64,000 bases of DNA from Candidatus Multivoradales bacterium (GTDB taxonomy: Bacteria; Acidobacteriota; Thermoanaerobaculia; Multivoradales; JAHEKO01): contig CBDCVR010000015.1 in the NCBI GenBank assembly GCA_965223155.1, forward strand, positions 1,024,001 through 1,088,000, in the 5' to 3' direction. Shown one piece after another: positions 1-8,625 of this stretch (position 1 is the first letter of the stretch; every line of letters begins with the position of its first letter). The notes beneath the pieces are model-generated. The model saw only the letters and a list, made by a program, of their open reading frames with translations, was not told where the DNA came from and ran no database searches. The position numbers were made by a program, and so were the translations under genes.

Positions 1-1
1 G

Positions 2-517
2 CCCGAGCACCTGCAACACGACGCCGAGCTCTGGAGCGGCTGCATCTCCGGAGCGCTCACCGAGAGCGCTTTCCTCGAGGCATTCGAGGCGGCGGGCTTT
101 TACGGCGTACGCATCGTCGAGCGCCAGACCGAGCCTTGGCGCACGGTCGAGGGCATCGAGTTTCGCTCGCTGACTCTGGAGGCCTTCAAAGGCAAGGAGG
201 GGCCCTGTTTCGAGCACAACCAGGCGGTGATTTACAAGGGCCCGTTCAAGGAGGTCCTGGACGACGACGGCCACCGCATGGTCCGAGGCCGGCGCTATGC
301 GGTCTGCGCCAAGACCTTCGCGCTGTACGGACGAGAGCCCTACGCCGAGAGCTTCGAGAGGGTCGAGCCCCGGGTGCCGATCGAACCCGGAGACGCCGCC
401 GCGTTCGATTGCTCGCGCACCGCACTCCGCCACCCGCGAGAGACCAAGGGGCTCGACTACGACCTCACCTCCGAAGCCGCGGAGGCTTGCTGCGCGCCCG
501 GGAGCGATTGCTGCTGA
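2..517 (+). CDS. ArsM-like SAM-dependent methyltransferase, C-terminal part (5' truncated by the window edge)
   Basis: Frame 2 is open from the edge: PEHLQHDAELWSGCISGALTE...FKGKEGPCFEHNQAVIYKGPFKEVLDDDGH...ACCAPGSDCC*. LWSGCISGA and the Cys-pair tail resemble arsenite methyltransferase-like proteins. Confidence 0.7.
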   Translation, partial: PEHLQHDAELWSGCISGALTESAFLEAFEAAGFYGVRIVERQTEPWRTVEGIEFRSLTLEAFKGKEGPCFEHNQAVIYKGPFKEVLDDDGHRMVRGRRYAVCAKTFALYGREPYAESFERVEPRVPIEPGDAAAFDCSRTALRHPRETKGLDYDLTSEAAEACCAPGSDCC

Positions 518-1491
518 TGCCGGACGGAGCCAGCCGGCCTCCGGAGCCCCCGCCCGCACCCGAGGCGCCGTCCGGGGCTTCCCCGCAAGCGGAGTCGCCG
601 GCTCAGACTGCTCCGCTGGCTCCACTGGCTCCGCTGGCTCCAACAGTCGAGCTCGACCACCTCGACACGCTCTGGTTCCAAGTCGGAGGAACGGTCTGCA
701 ACCTGGCCTGCACCCACTGCTTCGTCTCGTGCTCGCCCACCAACCACACCCACGAGTTCCTCACTCTTGCGGCCATCGAGCCCTATCTGGCCGAAGCGGC
801 CGAGCTGGGCGTGCGCGAGTTCTACTTCACCGGCGGCGAGCCGTTTCTGAACCCCGAGATGGAAGCCATCCTGGAGCGGACTCTCGCGTCCGGTCCGGCC
901 ACGGTCCTGACCAACGGGTTGCTGCTCGATCCCAAGCGCGCCCGGCGCCTGGCCGAGCTCACCGGGCGCTCGCGCTACTCCCTCGACCTGCGCGTCTCCC
1001 TCGACGGGTACTCGGCCGCGGCCAACGATCCCATCCGGGGCGAGGGCAGCTTCGAGCGCATCCTGGCCGGTATCGGCAATCTCGTCGCCGCCGGCCTCAA
1101 CCCGGTCATCACGGTCACCGAGGTCCACGACGAGAACGGCTCGGTGGCGGGCAAGGAGCGGTTCGCGGCGCTCTTGGCCGAGCTCGGCGTCGTCAAGCCC
1201 CGGCTCAAGATCTTGCCGGTCTTCCAGATCGGCGCCGAAGCCGAGCGCAGCAGCGCCTACGCGAGCTGGCAGCGCCTGCGCGAGGGCGACGCGCCCGAGG
1301 AGGGCTGGTCGCACCTCCAGTGCTCGGGCTGCCGCACGGTGACCGACCAGGGCGTCTGGGTCTGCCCGATCCTGGTCAACGAACCCGAGGGCAAGATGGG
1401 CGAGACGCTGACCGACGCTCTGGACGGCTTCGCGCTGGCTCACCCCGCCTGCTGGACCTGTCACGTCTACGGCGTGAGCTGTCGTACCTGA
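517..1491 (+). CDS. Radical SAM protein with Cys-rich C-terminus
   Basis: CNLACTHC (CxxxCxxC), FTGGEP, LTNG; C-terminal CSGC...VCP...CWTC...SC. ATG at 517 overlaps the upstream TGA (TGATG). Confidence 0.9.
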   Translation: MPDGASRPPEPPPAPEAPSGASPQAESPAQTAPLAPLAPLAPTVELDHLDTLWFQVGGTVCNLACTHCFVSCSPTNHTHEFLTLAAIEPYLAEAAELGVREFYFTGGEPFLNPEMEAILERTLASGPATVLTNGLLLDPKRARRLAELTGRSRYSLDLRVSLDGYSAAANDPIRGEGSFERILAGIGNLVAAGLNPVITVTEVHDENGSVAGKERFAALLAELGVVKPRLKILPVFQIGAEAERSSAYASWQRLREGDAPEEGWSHLQCSGCRTVTDQGVWVCPILVNEPEGKMGETLTDALDGFALAHPACWTCHVYGVSCRT

Positions 1492-1550
1492 CCCGCCCTG
1501 ATCCGCCCTGACCCGACTAATCCGACTGACCCGCCCGATCCGCCTGAACC
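1489..1550. repeat. Intergenic 9-10 bp tandem repeat (tgacccgcc-like, about 6 units)
   Basis: tgacccgccc tgatccgccc tgacccgac taatccgac tgacccgcc cgatccgcc. Confidence 0.8.
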
Positions 1551-1570
1551 CAAGAACTCGAAAGCTCGCC

Positions 1571-2611
1571 GTGCCCGACCGCAAACCCCCAGATCTCTCA
1601 CAGAGCCCATCCGATCGCGAACGGCGGGCGCGCGCTCGAAAGGCCCAGCACGAGGCGTTCTCCGCGCACAAGGGACTTGCCACCTGGGGAGAAGACCTGG
1701 TGCCGCTCGAGCGCTTCCGCGCCGCGACCCGAGCGGCCGGCCAGACCCTCTCGGCCGAGGCCCGGCGCACCGCGCGGGCCGAGTTTCTGGCGCCGCATCC
1801 CGACCCGACGCCGGTCGAGGGTCCCTTCTCCAGGATCCTGGTCTTTGGCGGGGTCTACAGCAACCATCTCGCCCTGGCCGCGGTTCTGGAGACCGCCAAG
1901 AGCCTGGGGGCCGAGGCCGTCTACTGCCTCGGCGACTTGGGCGGCTTCGGGCCCTCGCCCGAGAAGGTCTGGCCGCTTCTCACTTCCGGCGGGGTCCGCA
2001 CGCTTCAGGGCAACTACGAGCAGTCTCTGGCGAACGGTCACGAGGACTGCAACTGCGGCTACACCGACCCGCGAGACAACCACTTCGCCGAGCTCTCCTA
2101 CCGCTACACCGAGCGCAACTCGTCGGACGCCTTCAAGAAATGGATGGGGCACCTGCCGGCCCGGCGGCGAGTCCGCCTCGGCAAGCACGAGCTTCTTCTC
2201 GTTCACGGTTCGCCCAGACGGGTCAATGAGTTCCTGTTCGACTCCACGACGCCTGACGCGTTTCTGGAGGTTGTTCTCGACCAGGAGCGCGCCGACGCGA
2301 TTCTCTGCACCCATACCGGGCTCCACTGGCAGCGCGCTTTGCCATCCGGGCGCCAGGTCGCGAACGTCGGGGTCATCGGCCGGCCCGCCAACGACGGCAA
2401 CACTTCGGTCTGGTACGCGCTCCTGGAAGCCCGCCGAAACGGCGAGCTCGCCATCCGCCTCGAGCCCCTTGCCTACAACCACGAGGCTCTCGCCGAAGAG
2501 ATGCGCCGCGAACGGCTGCCCGAGGAGTTCGTCGCCACCATCGAGACCGGCTACTGGACCACCTGTCTCGAGATCCTGCCCGCGCGCGAGCGGGCCCTCT
2601 CGAAGTTCTAG
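1571..2611 (+). CDS. Metallophosphoesterase family protein with atypical motifs
   Basis: CLGDL, QGNYE, VHGSP, NVGVIGRP; motif I reads GGVYSN; internal DCNCGY. Start uncertain. Confidence 0.8.
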   Translation: MPDRKPPDLSQSPSDRERRARARKAQHEAFSAHKGLATWGEDLVPLERFRAATRAAGQTLSAEARRTARAEFLAPHPDPTPVEGPFSRILVFGGVYSNHLALAAVLETAKSLGAEAVYCLGDLGGFGPSPEKVWPLLTSGGVRTLQGNYEQSLANGHEDCNCGYTDPRDNHFAELSYRYTERNSSDAFKKWMGHLPARRRVRLGKHELLLVHGSPRRVNEFLFDSTTPDAFLEVVLDQERADAILCTHTGLHWQRALPSGRQVANVGVIGRPANDGNTSVWYALLEARRNGELAIRLEPLAYNHEALAEEMRRERLPEEFVATIETGYWTTCLEILPARERALSKF

Positions 2612-2647
2612 GACGCCCACGGCCAACCGCGCGAACCAAGGAGACCC

Positions 2648-3961
2648 ATGACCAAATCGGGACACATCGCCATCCTGGGCGCCGGGCCGACCGGGCTCGA
2701 GGCGGCGCTCGCCGCCGCCGACGCCGGCTCTTCCTTTACCTTGTACGAGGCCGGGGAGGGCGTCGGCGCCAACATCCGCGACTGGGGTCATGTACGGCTC
2801 TTCTCGCCCTGGGCCTACGACGTCTCACCCCGGGCGCGGGCGGCCCTGACCCGCGCCGGGGTGCCCGTTCCCGAGGCTACCGATCCGTCCTGCCCGACCG
2901 GCGCCGAGCTCGTCGAGCGAGTGCTGGCGCCCGTCGCCGCCCTGCCGGCCATCGCCGACCGCCTCCAGACCGGAACCCGCGTCCTCGAAGTCGGGCGCCA
3001 GGGTCTGCTCAAGCACGAGGCCATCGCCTCGGCCGCGCGCGCCGAGCGGCCTTTCCGGCTGCTGGTGGAGGATACGACCGGAACCCAGCGCATCGACCGG
3101 GCCGACGTGGTCCTGGACTGCACCGGCTCCTACGACCGGCCCAACGCCCTGGGCGACGGCGGCATTGCCGCGCCGGGGGAAGACGCTCTCGGGGACCGGA
3201 TCGAGCGACGCATCCCGGATCTCGAGCGCGACACCCGGCTCCGCTGGCTCCGATCGCTCCGATCGCTCCGATCGCTCGGACGGCGCGTCCTGGTCGTCGG
3301 CGCCGGCCACTCGGCGATGACCGCGGTCGTCGCCCTGGCCGAGGCCGCGGCCGCCGCCGCGATCGAGCCGGACGCGCCCCAGTCCGAGATCCTGTGGGCG
3401 ATTCGGGGTGCCGAGCCCGCCTGGCGCATCGACCCGGACGATCCCCTGCCCGAACGCTCGGGCCTGGTCGCCAAGGCGCGAGCGCTCGCCGCGGGCGGCT
3501 CGCCCCACGTCCGCACGCGGTACGGTGTCGTCGTCGACGCCCTGGCCGATGATGGGGACGGCGTCCGGGTCACCCTGCGGGCGACTCACGCCAGCCCAGC
3601 CGCTGGCGGCAACGGATCAGACCCTTCGCCGCAAGACGAGGTCGTGGTCGATCGCATTCTGGCCCTTACCGGCAGCGTCGGCGACCACCGGATCTACCGC
3701 CAGCTCCAGGTCCACGAGTGCTACGCCACGTCGGGACCCATGAAGCTCGCCGCCGCGCTCCTGGCCGAGGCCGGAGCCGGTGGTGACGGCGCGGCCGACT
3801 GCCTGGCCCAGGAAAGCCACGGCGTCGAGACCCTGACCAATCCGGAGCCCGGCTTCTTCATCCTGGGCGCCAAGTCCTATGGCCGCAACTCGTCGTTTCT
3901 GATGCGCCTCGGCTGGCAGCAGGTTGACGAGGTCTTCGCGGCCCTCGCCACCGAGAGGTAG
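2648..3961 (+). CDS. FAD/NAD(P)-dependent oxidoreductase (flavoprotein resembling those of ars clusters)
   Basis: GAGPTG (FAD) and GAGHSA (NAD(P)) Rossmann motifs, WGHVRLFSPW, NPEPGFFILGAKSYGR; AGGAG ribosome binding site upstream. Confidence 0.85.
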   Translation: MTKSGHIAILGAGPTGLEAALAAADAGSSFTLYEAGEGVGANIRDWGHVRLFSPWAYDVSPRARAALTRAGVPVPEATDPSCPTGAELVERVLAPVAALPAIADRLQTGTRVLEVGRQGLLKHEAIASAARAERPFRLLVEDTTGTQRIDRADVVLDCTGSYDRPNALGDGGIAAPGEDALGDRIERRIPDLERDTRLRWLRSLRSLRSLGRRVLVVGAGHSAMTAVVALAEAAAAAAIEPDAPQSEILWAIRGAEPAWRIDPDDPLPERSGLVAKARALAAGGSPHVRTRYGVVVDALADDGDGVRVTLRATHASPAAGGNGSDPSPQDEVVVDRILALTGSVGDHRIYRQLQVHECYATSGPMKLAAALLAEAGAGGDGAADCLAQESHGVETLTNPEPGFFILGAKSYGRNSSFLMRLGWQQVDEVFAALATER

Positions 3962-3979
3962 CGAGAGGCCGCAATCGGG

Positions 3980-4639
3980 CTAGGTCCGGGAATCGAGCCA
4001 GTCCGGCAGCTCGCCGACCCCGGCAAGGCAAGCTCGCGGAGCATGGCGCTCCAGGGTCGCGATCGCTGTCGCGCCGCTGCCGACGGCGACCGCGTCCACG
4101 CCCGCGTTTGTAGCCATGTCGAGGTCGTGGACCGAATCGCCCACCACCAGGGCGTCACTTGTGCGGACGCCGAGCTCGTCCAGGAGCTCGAGCACCATGT
4201 GGGGATTGGGTTTGGCCGCGGTCTCGTCCGCGGTTCGGCTGCCACTGAAGAGGTCCCGGACTCCGGTGCGTTCGAAGTCCGTCTCCAGGCCGCGGCGGCT
4301 CTTGGCCGTGGCCACGGCCAGCAGATGCTCCTGTAGCGCCAGCCGCCGCAAGGTCGCCTCCGCATCCGTGAAGAGGCTCGATTGGTGCCCGTAGCTCGAA
4401 AACCAGAGCTCCCGATAGACCGTGACGATCCGTCCAAACGTCTCTTCGTCGCAACCCGGGCAGAAGGCCTCGACGCTCTCCCGGATACCCATGCCGATCG
4501 CCGCCCGGATCGTGCCCTCATCGACCGGCCCCAGGCCGAGCTCGCGCATCGTTGCCTCGGTACAGCGCACGATCGATGCGATCGAGTCGAGCAGGGTGCC
4601 GTCCCAGTCGAAGACGATGAGGCGATAGGGCCCGGGCAT
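3980..4639 (-). CDS. HAD-family hydrolase (phosphoglycolate phosphatase-like)
   Basis: FDWDGTLLDS, KPNP and VGDSVHD motifs. Confidence 0.9.
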   Translation of the reverse strand: MPGPYRLIVFDWDGTLLDSIASIVRCTEATMRELGLGPVDEGTIRAAIGMGIRESVEAFCPGCDEETFGRIVTVYRELWFSSYGHQSSLFTDAEATLRRLALQEHLLAVATAKSRRGLETDFERTGVRDLFSGSRTADETAAKPNPHMVLELLDELGVRTSDALVVGDSVHDLDMATNAGVDAVAVGSGATAIATLERHAPRACLAGVGELPDWLDSRT

Positions 4640-5745
4640 CAGCTCAGCGGGCTCAGCACGAGATCACCGATGACCGAGGCTTCCGGGTGGGGGACGACGT
4701 CGGCCCGCACCTTGGTCACCAGCCGCTCTTCGATCACGGCGCCGGCGGGCACGCTGGCGCCGAAGCCCACAATCGACCTGCGAATCACCGAGCCCTCACC
4801 GATTCTGGCGTCGGGCAGGACGAGCGCTCGCGACAAGCGGGCGCCGCCGCCGACCTGGGCTCCGGACTCCAGCACCGAGCGTCGCACCGCCGCGTCCTCG
4901 GCGACCTCGGCGCTGTCGGAGCGCCAGCCGCGGCGGCCTCGCCGGCCGAGCCTGCGCCGACCGCTCCAGGCGATCACCGCTTCCAGATACCGCCTCGGGG
5001 TTCCCAGATCGAACCACGCGGCCGAGGTCTCGACGACGTCCAGTCGCCGGCCCGCCGTAAGCGCCGGACGGTAGAGCTCGCGCACGAAATCGGCCGGCTC
5101 CGGCTGGACCGCGGCCACCAGCTCGGGCTCGAAGACATGGGCTCCGGCAAAGACCCGCCAGTTCTCGGCCTCCGGTTCGGGACGGGCTTCGTCGGCGGCC
5201 CGGTTGAAGGACACCAGCCGGCCGGCCTTGCCGGTCTTGCCTGGCATCAGGGACTTCGAAACTCCGATACCTCCCCCAAAATCCTCGGGCCGTGCCCTGC
5301 TCGAGACCAGAAGGCTCGCCGATGGCGGCTCGATGCCGCTTGCTCGAGCCGCGGCTCCGGCCTTGCGGTGGTGGTCCAGGAGGGCTTCGAACGGCCACCG
5401 CGCCAGGCTGTCGCCGTTGACCACCAGGACCAGCTCGGCCTCCTCCAGAAACTCGCGAAGCGGCGCCATCGCTCCCAGGGTGCCCAGGATCTCGGTCTCC
5501 CGCGAGTAGACGATCGGCGTGCCCTCGTAGTCGGAGCCGTAGCGGGCCGCCAGGCGATCTCCCAGATGGTGCAAATTGATCGCCACCGCTTCGCAGCCGG
5601 CGGCGGCCAGCTGTGCCAGCGTGCGCCCCACGAGCGGTGTCCCGGCGACCGGCAAGAGCGCCTTGGGCACCGCCAGAGTGAGCGGGCGAAGCCGGGTTCC
5701 GAAGCCGGCTGCGAGGATCACCGCCCGCCAGCGCACAGCGCTCAA
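4639..5745 (-). CDS. Sugar-phosphate nucleotidyltransferase with hexapeptide C-terminal domain
   Basis: ILAAGFGTRLRPLT..PKALLPV, VNGD, WFDLGTP; left-handed beta-helix-like tail. Confidence 0.88.
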   Translation of the reverse strand: MSAVRWRAVILAAGFGTRLRPLTLAVPKALLPVAGTPLVGRTLAQLAAAGCEAVAINLHHLGDRLAARYGSDYEGTPIVYSRETEILGTLGAMAPLREFLEEAELVLVVNGDSLARWPFEALLDHHRKAGAAARASGIEPPSASLLVSSRARPEDFGGGIGVSKSLMPGKTGKAGRLVSFNRAADEARPEPEAENWRVFAGAHVFEPELVAAVQPEPADFVRELYRPALTAGRRLDVVETSAAWFDLGTPRRYLEAVIAWSGRRRLGRRGRRGWRSDSAEVAEDAAVRRSVLESGAQVGGGARLSRALVLPDARIGEGSVIRRSIVGFGASVPAGAVIEERLVTKVRADVVPHPEASVIGDLVLSPLS

Positions 5746-6302
5746 TCAAACACCATGTCTGCGGGACTGTCGGGATGGCTTCGGCGATGCTCCTGGTAGA
5801 GCTCGAGGTAGTTGTGCTCTTCGGCGGTCTCGAGCTCGAGCCCGAGCCGCCGGGCCACGGTTTCCCCGCCCACACCCTCGAACTCCACGAAGTTCCCGAT
5901 CGGCGTCCGGTCGAGACAGATCAGAACCGCGCCCAGCCTCCAGGTCTCGCGGTACTTCTCGTACCGCCGCGCGACCCGGAAGCCGAGCGCCTCGAACAAC
6001 TGGAGGGCACGGGCAGGGTCGTCGATGTCGAGCTCCAGCTCCTTGCGGATCTTGACTCCGGCCTCCATCCGGCTGGGCCCCTTGAAGGTCAGCTTGGCGC
6101 CGCCGCCCTCCGAGCGCACGCGGAGGAGGCAGCCCGACCGGAAGAGCTCGTCGCCTCGATCCAGAAGCCAGTTTTCCTCCTTGGCGGAAGGGCTTACGCG
6201 CTCCGCCTCGGCGTCGATCAAGCGGTCGCGCAGCGCATTGAGGTCGGCGGAGCGAAACTTGAGCTCGCGCTCGATCGAGCTGGAATCCGAATCGTCGGTC
6301 AC
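5742..6302 (-). CDS. CYTH domain protein (class IV adenylate cyclase-like)
   Basis: IERELKF (ExExK), LRVR, LTFKGP, YEKYRETW, FVEFEG. GTG at 6302 overlaps the upstream stop codon. Confidence 0.85.
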   Translation of the reverse strand: MTDDSDSSSIERELKFRSADLNALRDRLIDAEAERVSPSAKEENWLLDRGDELFRSGCLLRVRSEGGGAKLTFKGPSRMEAGVKIRKELELDIDDPARALQLFEALGFRVARRYEKYRETWRLGAVLICLDRTPIGNFVEFEGVGGETVARRLGLELETAEEHNYLELYQEHRRSHPDSPADMVFD

Positions 6303-7693
6303 GGCGCGCCGTCGAGCTCGCCCGCCCTGTCCAGGATCCGAACGGTCGTGCGGATGCCGTTGTAGAAGTGGCTGATGTTGAACTTCTCGTTGGGCGAGTG
6401 CAGGCGGTCGTCGCTCAGGCCGAAGCCGACGAGCAGGATCGGAACCTCCAGAACCTCCGAGAAGGTACCCACGATCGGGATGGAGCCGCCCTCTCGGACG
6501 CGCACCGGCGGCTTGCCCCAGACGTCTTCCTGCGCCCCCATCGTAGCCTCGGCGAGTGCTCCCTTGGTATCGACCAGCACCGGATCGGCGCCGTGGTGGG
6601 CGTTGACCGTGACTCGGACTCCCGCCGGGGCGAGGGTCTCGACATGCGCCTGGAACTTGGCGGCAATGTCCTCGGCCTTCTGGTCGGGTACCAGACGCAT
6701 CGAGACCTTGGCGGCAGCCCACGCCGGCAGCACGGTCTTGGCGCCCTCACCCTGATAGCCACCCCAGATGCCGTTGACGTCGCAGGTCGGGCGGGCCCAG
6801 GCTCGCTCGAGGGTGGTGTAGCCGGCCTCCCCGAAGGTGGTCTCCACTCCCAGCTCGGTGCGGTACTCGTCTTCTGAGAACGGCAGCTCGGCGAACGCCT
6901 GCCGCTCCCAGTCCTCGAGGTCCAGGACGTCGTCGTAGAACCCGGGAATCTCGATGCGGCCGGTCTCGGAATCGACCAGGCCGGCGATGATGTGGGCGAG
7001 AGCGTTGCCCGGGTTGGCCACCGCTCCGCCGAAGGCGCCGGAGTGAAGGTCCCGGTTGGGTCCATCGACGCGGAGCTCCATGTACTGGAGGCCCTTCAAA
7101 CCGTAGAGCAACGACGGCTGCCCGGGTCCGTACATCGAGGAGTCCGAGACCACGACTGCGTCGCAGGCCAGCCGGTCGCCGGCATCCTCACGCACCCATT
7201 TCTCGATCGCCGCGCCGCCGGACTCTTCCTCGCCCTCGAGCAGAAACTTGACGTTGATCGGCAGCTCGCCGCGCTCGGCGAAGATCGCTGCTACCGCCTT
7301 GACGTGGGCGAAGGACTGCCCCTTGTCGTCGGTCGCCCCCCGGGCCACCAGACAGTCTCCCTCCACGGTGGGCTCGAAGGGCGGATTGCGCCATTCCTCG
7401 AGGGGATCAGGCGGCTGGACGTCGTAGTGTCCGTAAAAGAGCAGCGTGGGCTTGCCGGCGGCTCCGGTCCACTCGGCGTAGACCAGTGGATAGCCATCGG
7501 TTTCAAGGATCTCGGCCGCAAGGCCCGCATCGGTCAGCTTGCCGGAGATGAACTCGGCGCAGCGCGCGACGTCGGCGGCGTAGGCCGGGTCGGTCGACAC
7601 CGAAGGAATCCGAATGTAATCCTTCAGCTCTTCGAGGTATCCCTCTTGTTCGCGCTCGACTCGCGCGAAGACGTCCTGACTGTCGCTCGCCAT
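6299..7693 (-). CDS. M20 family dipeptidase
   Basis: YGHYDVQP, ARGATDDKGQ, EGEEESG, DLHSG, HSPNE. Confidence 0.92.
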   Translation of the reverse strand: MASDSQDVFARVEREQEGYLEELKDYIRIPSVSTDPAYAADVARCAEFISGKLTDAGLAAEILETDGYPLVYAEWTGAAGKPTLLFYGHYDVQPPDPLEEWRNPPFEPTVEGDCLVARGATDDKGQSFAHVKAVAAIFAERGELPINVKFLLEGEEESGGAAIEKWVREDAGDRLACDAVVVSDSSMYGPGQPSLLYGLKGLQYMELRVDGPNRDLHSGAFGGAVANPGNALAHIIAGLVDSETGRIEIPGFYDDVLDLEDWERQAFAELPFSEDEYRTELGVETTFGEAGYTTLERAWARPTCDVNGIWGGYQGEGAKTVLPAWAAAKVSMRLVPDQKAEDIAAKFQAHVETLAPAGVRVTVNAHHGADPVLVDTKGALAEATMGAQEDVWGKPPVRVREGGSIPIVGTFSEVLEVPILLVGFGLSDDRLHSPNEKFNISHFYNGIRTTVRILDRAGELDGAP

Positions 7694-7909
7694 CGTGTTC
7701 TCCAACGTTGCCCGGTTTTCCGCCGCGAAGGGTCGGTCAGTGTAGCAAAGCCGGACGCGGTCGGCGCCGCCTCTTGGGGCAGTCTCGCCTCGGCCAACTT
7801 GCGGCCAGGCCGCGGCTTCCCAAGGGGAAACTAGCGGGGTCGGCCGGGCCGCCGGAGCCAGCCGAGCCAGCCCCCGAGGCCGTGCTCTCTCGACAATGCC
7901 CCCGGCTTG

Positions 7910-8605
7910 TCAGGCCCGAGCCCGGCGCGCCAGCGCGGCGATGCGAGACAGACCCACTGCGTTGACGCCGACGTGGGCGAGAACCGGCGCCAGCAGATTT
8001 CCCCGCCAGGCCATGAGGCCGCCCAGGACCGCACCGGCGACCAGGGCGAAGAGTGTCCACAAGCGGTACTCCCGGCCGGGTCCCACGTGCAAGGCGGCGA
8101 ACAGGAGGGTCGCCACCGGCAGGCCCCAGGCGCCTTGTACCGCTCCCCGGAAAAAGAGCTCTTCGGCAAAGCCCGACAGGAGCGCCAGACTCACCACCTC
8201 GGCCCATTCCAGGGGCCCGACGAGCTCGGCCATCGAACGTTCCAGGCGCCGGGCCGGGGCGTAGAGCCGCGCGGTCAGCCGCCACAGACCCAAGAGCGCG
8301 GCCGCCGCCCCCAGGCCGGCCGCCACGTCCACCGCCCAGGCCTCCGGATCAACGAAAAGAGCCGCTCCGATCCGTCCGTGCCGGGAACCCAGCCAGACGA
8401 TGGCGGCCACCGCCAGCACCAGGTACAGGACCGCTGACCAGGTCAGGAAACCCGTCCCGCCGACTCCTTGTGGTCCGGTCGGCGGCTTCGGAGCTGGCCC
8501 CGTCTCTGGAGCCTCCCGGGTTTCCACCGGCTCCGCCGGCTCGCTCGTGGCGTCCTGCTCCGCGCCTTCCGGAGACGGCGGCTCGGTTCCGGTCTCGTGA
8601 CGCAA
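7910..8605 (-). CDS. CPBP (Abi/CAAX) intramembrane metalloprotease
   Basis: AEELFFRG, FAALH and AHVGVN motifs in hydrophobic helices. Start uncertain. Confidence 0.85.
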   Translation of the reverse strand: MRHETGTEPPSPEGAEQDATSEPAEPVETREAPETGPAPKPPTGPQGVGGTGFLTWSAVLYLVLAVAAIVWLGSRHGRIGAALFVDPEAWAVDVAAGLGAAAALLGLWRLTARLYAPARRLERSMAELVGPLEWAEVVSLALLSGFAEELFFRGAVQGAWGLPVATLLFAALHVGPGREYRLWTLFALVAGAVLGGLMAWRGNLLAPVLAHVGVNAVGLSRIAALARRARA

Positions 8606-8625
8606 ACCCTGGTGAGAAGGCCTGG

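Noticed and set aside
136-516. N-terminal 127 aa of the 451-aa ORF
   Set aside because: Out-of-frame overlap with the methyltransferase; the radical SAM gene plausibly starts at 517.
515-517. Selenocysteine read-through of the TGA in ...DCC*C
   Set aside because: The TGA overlaps the next ATG, the read-through sequence is low-complexity, and no SECIS-like hairpin could be supported.
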